Shown here piece after piece: positions 62,893 to 64,000 of a DNA stretch of 64,000 bases. The notes beneath the pieces were generated by a model. It was not told where the DNA came from. It did not search any database and saw nothing but the letters and a program-made list of their open reading frames with translations. The DNA comes from an uncultured Spirochaetota bacterium (GTDB lineage: Bacteria; Spirochaetota; Spirochaetia; SZUA-6; Fen-1364). Each line of letters opens with the position of its first letter. Position 1 is the stretch's first letter. The position numbers and the translations under genes are program-made. The DNA lies in NCBI GenBank assembly GCA_963781885.1, contig CAWAHW010000002.1, forward strand, positions 608,001-672,000, given 5' to 3'.

Positions 62893-63135
62893 ATGTCGGA
62901 AGCAGAAAAGATTCAAACGGAGATCCAGAAAGTCATCGGTGAGGATCCTACGATCCACGACGCGAACCGCGTCATCGTCACGGTGGAAAAGCAGAGCTTC
63001 TGGAAGGGTGGCCGGGAGGTCGTCTACCTCAAGGGGAGCGTGCGCTCCGACGACGACAAGACGAAGATCGGCCATCTCGCGCACCTCCACGCGGCGGGTC
63101 GCAACGTCGTGGACGCCATCACCGTCCTTCACTGA
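62893..63135 (+). CDS. Small BON-domain protein
   Basis: VVYLKGSVRS...NVVDAITV; SD GGAGGT. Confidence 0.75.
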   Translation: MSEAEKIQTEIQKVIGEDPTIHDANRVIVTVEKQSFWKGGREVVYLKGSVRSDDDKTKIGHLAHLHAAGRNVVDAITVLH

Positions 63136-63266
63136 TCGCGGATCCCCGCGCGTTCCCGCCGGGGCAAGGCGGGTGAATCATCTCACCAATCGCCATGCGA
63201 ACCGCGGCGGGGCTCGAAGCTCATGCCCGGTTCTCACGACCCGCGCGGTCGTGGTAGCGTCATCCC

Positions 63267-63971
63267 ATGGCCCCGAAAAAGGATCTTCCCCTCAGAGTGA
63301 TGATGATCGCCGCGCATCCTGATGACGCCGAATATGGCTGCGCCGGCACCGTGGCGCGCTGGGCCGCGGAAGGCAGGGACATCACCTACCTGCTCCTCTC
63401 CAGCGGCGACAAGGGAAGCAAGGACGCCGGCATCCGACCCGGCACCCTGGCGACGCTTCGCGAGAAGGAGCAGGCCGCAGCGGCACGAAAGCTGGGGGTG
63501 GGCAACCTCATCTTTCTGCGGCATCCGGATGGGATGCTGGAGAACACCATGGCGCTGCGGCGCGAGTTGGCGGGAGCGATCCGCACCGCGCGCCCTCATA
63601 TCGTCCTCACCATCGACCCGTGGCACCACTACCAGACGCACCCCGATCACCGGGCGGCGGGCATGGCCGCCCTCGATGCGGTCTATGCCGCAAAGGAGGT
63701 CAACCTTTTTGCGGAGCAGCTCGTCGCGGGGGTGGAGCCGTGGCGGGTGAAGGACGTCTACCTGTTCTGGACCGACTCACCCGACCATTTTGAGGACATC
63801 ACGCTCTCCATCGGCCGGCGCATCAGTGCTCTCATGCTGCACGTAAGTCAGACCGGCAAGGACAGGAAAGGCTACACGGCAACGATCCGCAAGAACGCGC
63901 GTGAAACGGCCCGCAAAGCCGGCGCGGCCTTTCCGTACGCGGAGGCATTCAAGCATCTGAAGACGGGCTGA
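63267..63971 (+). CDS. PIG-L/LmbE family deacetylase
   Basis: AHPDD, LREKEQ, HPDH, HVSQ. Confidence 0.9.
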   Translation: MAPKKDLPLRVMMIAAHPDDAEYGCAGTVARWAAEGRDITYLLLSSGDKGSKDAGIRPGTLATLREKEQAAAARKLGVGNLIFLRHPDGMLENTMALRRELAGAIRTARPHIVLTIDPWHHYQTHPDHRAAGMAALDAVYAAKEVNLFAEQLVAGVEPWRVKDVYLFWTDSPDHFEDITLSIGRRISALMLHVSQTGKDRKGYTATIRKNARETARKAGAAFPYAEAFKHLKTG

Positions 63972-64000
63972 GGACAGCCGACGTGGCTGAGGACAGCCGA
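63966..64000. repeat. Start of a 19-bp tandem hairpin repeat GGCTGAGGACAGCCGACGT, cut by the window edge
   Basis: GGCTGAGGACAGCCGA at 63966 and again at 63985. Confidence 0.7.

Noticed and set aside
63136-63250. c-di-AMP (ydaO) riboswitch suggested by GGGTGAATC
   Set aside because: Other conserved segments not found

Overview
GC-rich bacterial chromosomal segment. A Spirochaetia affiliation is inferred from the gene types and order and was not checked by search. The content is mostly housekeeping and carbohydrate genes: an ABC transporter, lipid enzymes, two GH38 proteins, malic enzyme, a lipoprotein alpha-2-macroglobulin, five tRNAs, tig-clpP-clpX-lon, galK, a GH31, a large transglutaminase-TPR protein, a sirtuin, acnA, pyrH, lolA-rodZ-rimO-uvrD-folE2, rplM-rpsI-recX, two response regulators and glmS. 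I found no transposase, integrase, cas, reverse transcriptase or phage gene. Six genes are split by single-base indels that look like long-read assembly errors. The strongest unexplained signals are: (1) a promoter-driven, end-to-end base-paired RNA locus of about 295 nt (36498-36792) with alternative folds, an internal terminator and a perfect Shine-Dalgarno (SD) sequence before a 15-codon ORF; (2) two spacer-less tandem arrays of the same palindrome GCCACGG-N4-CCGTGGC, in opposite orientation and with different periods (25 and 28 bp), plus a possible third hairpin array at the window end; (3) an 8-Cys RING-like finger hidden behind a frameshift in a TPR protein; (4) a GH38 paralogue that has lost its zinc ligands; (5) repeated leaderless promoter architecture.
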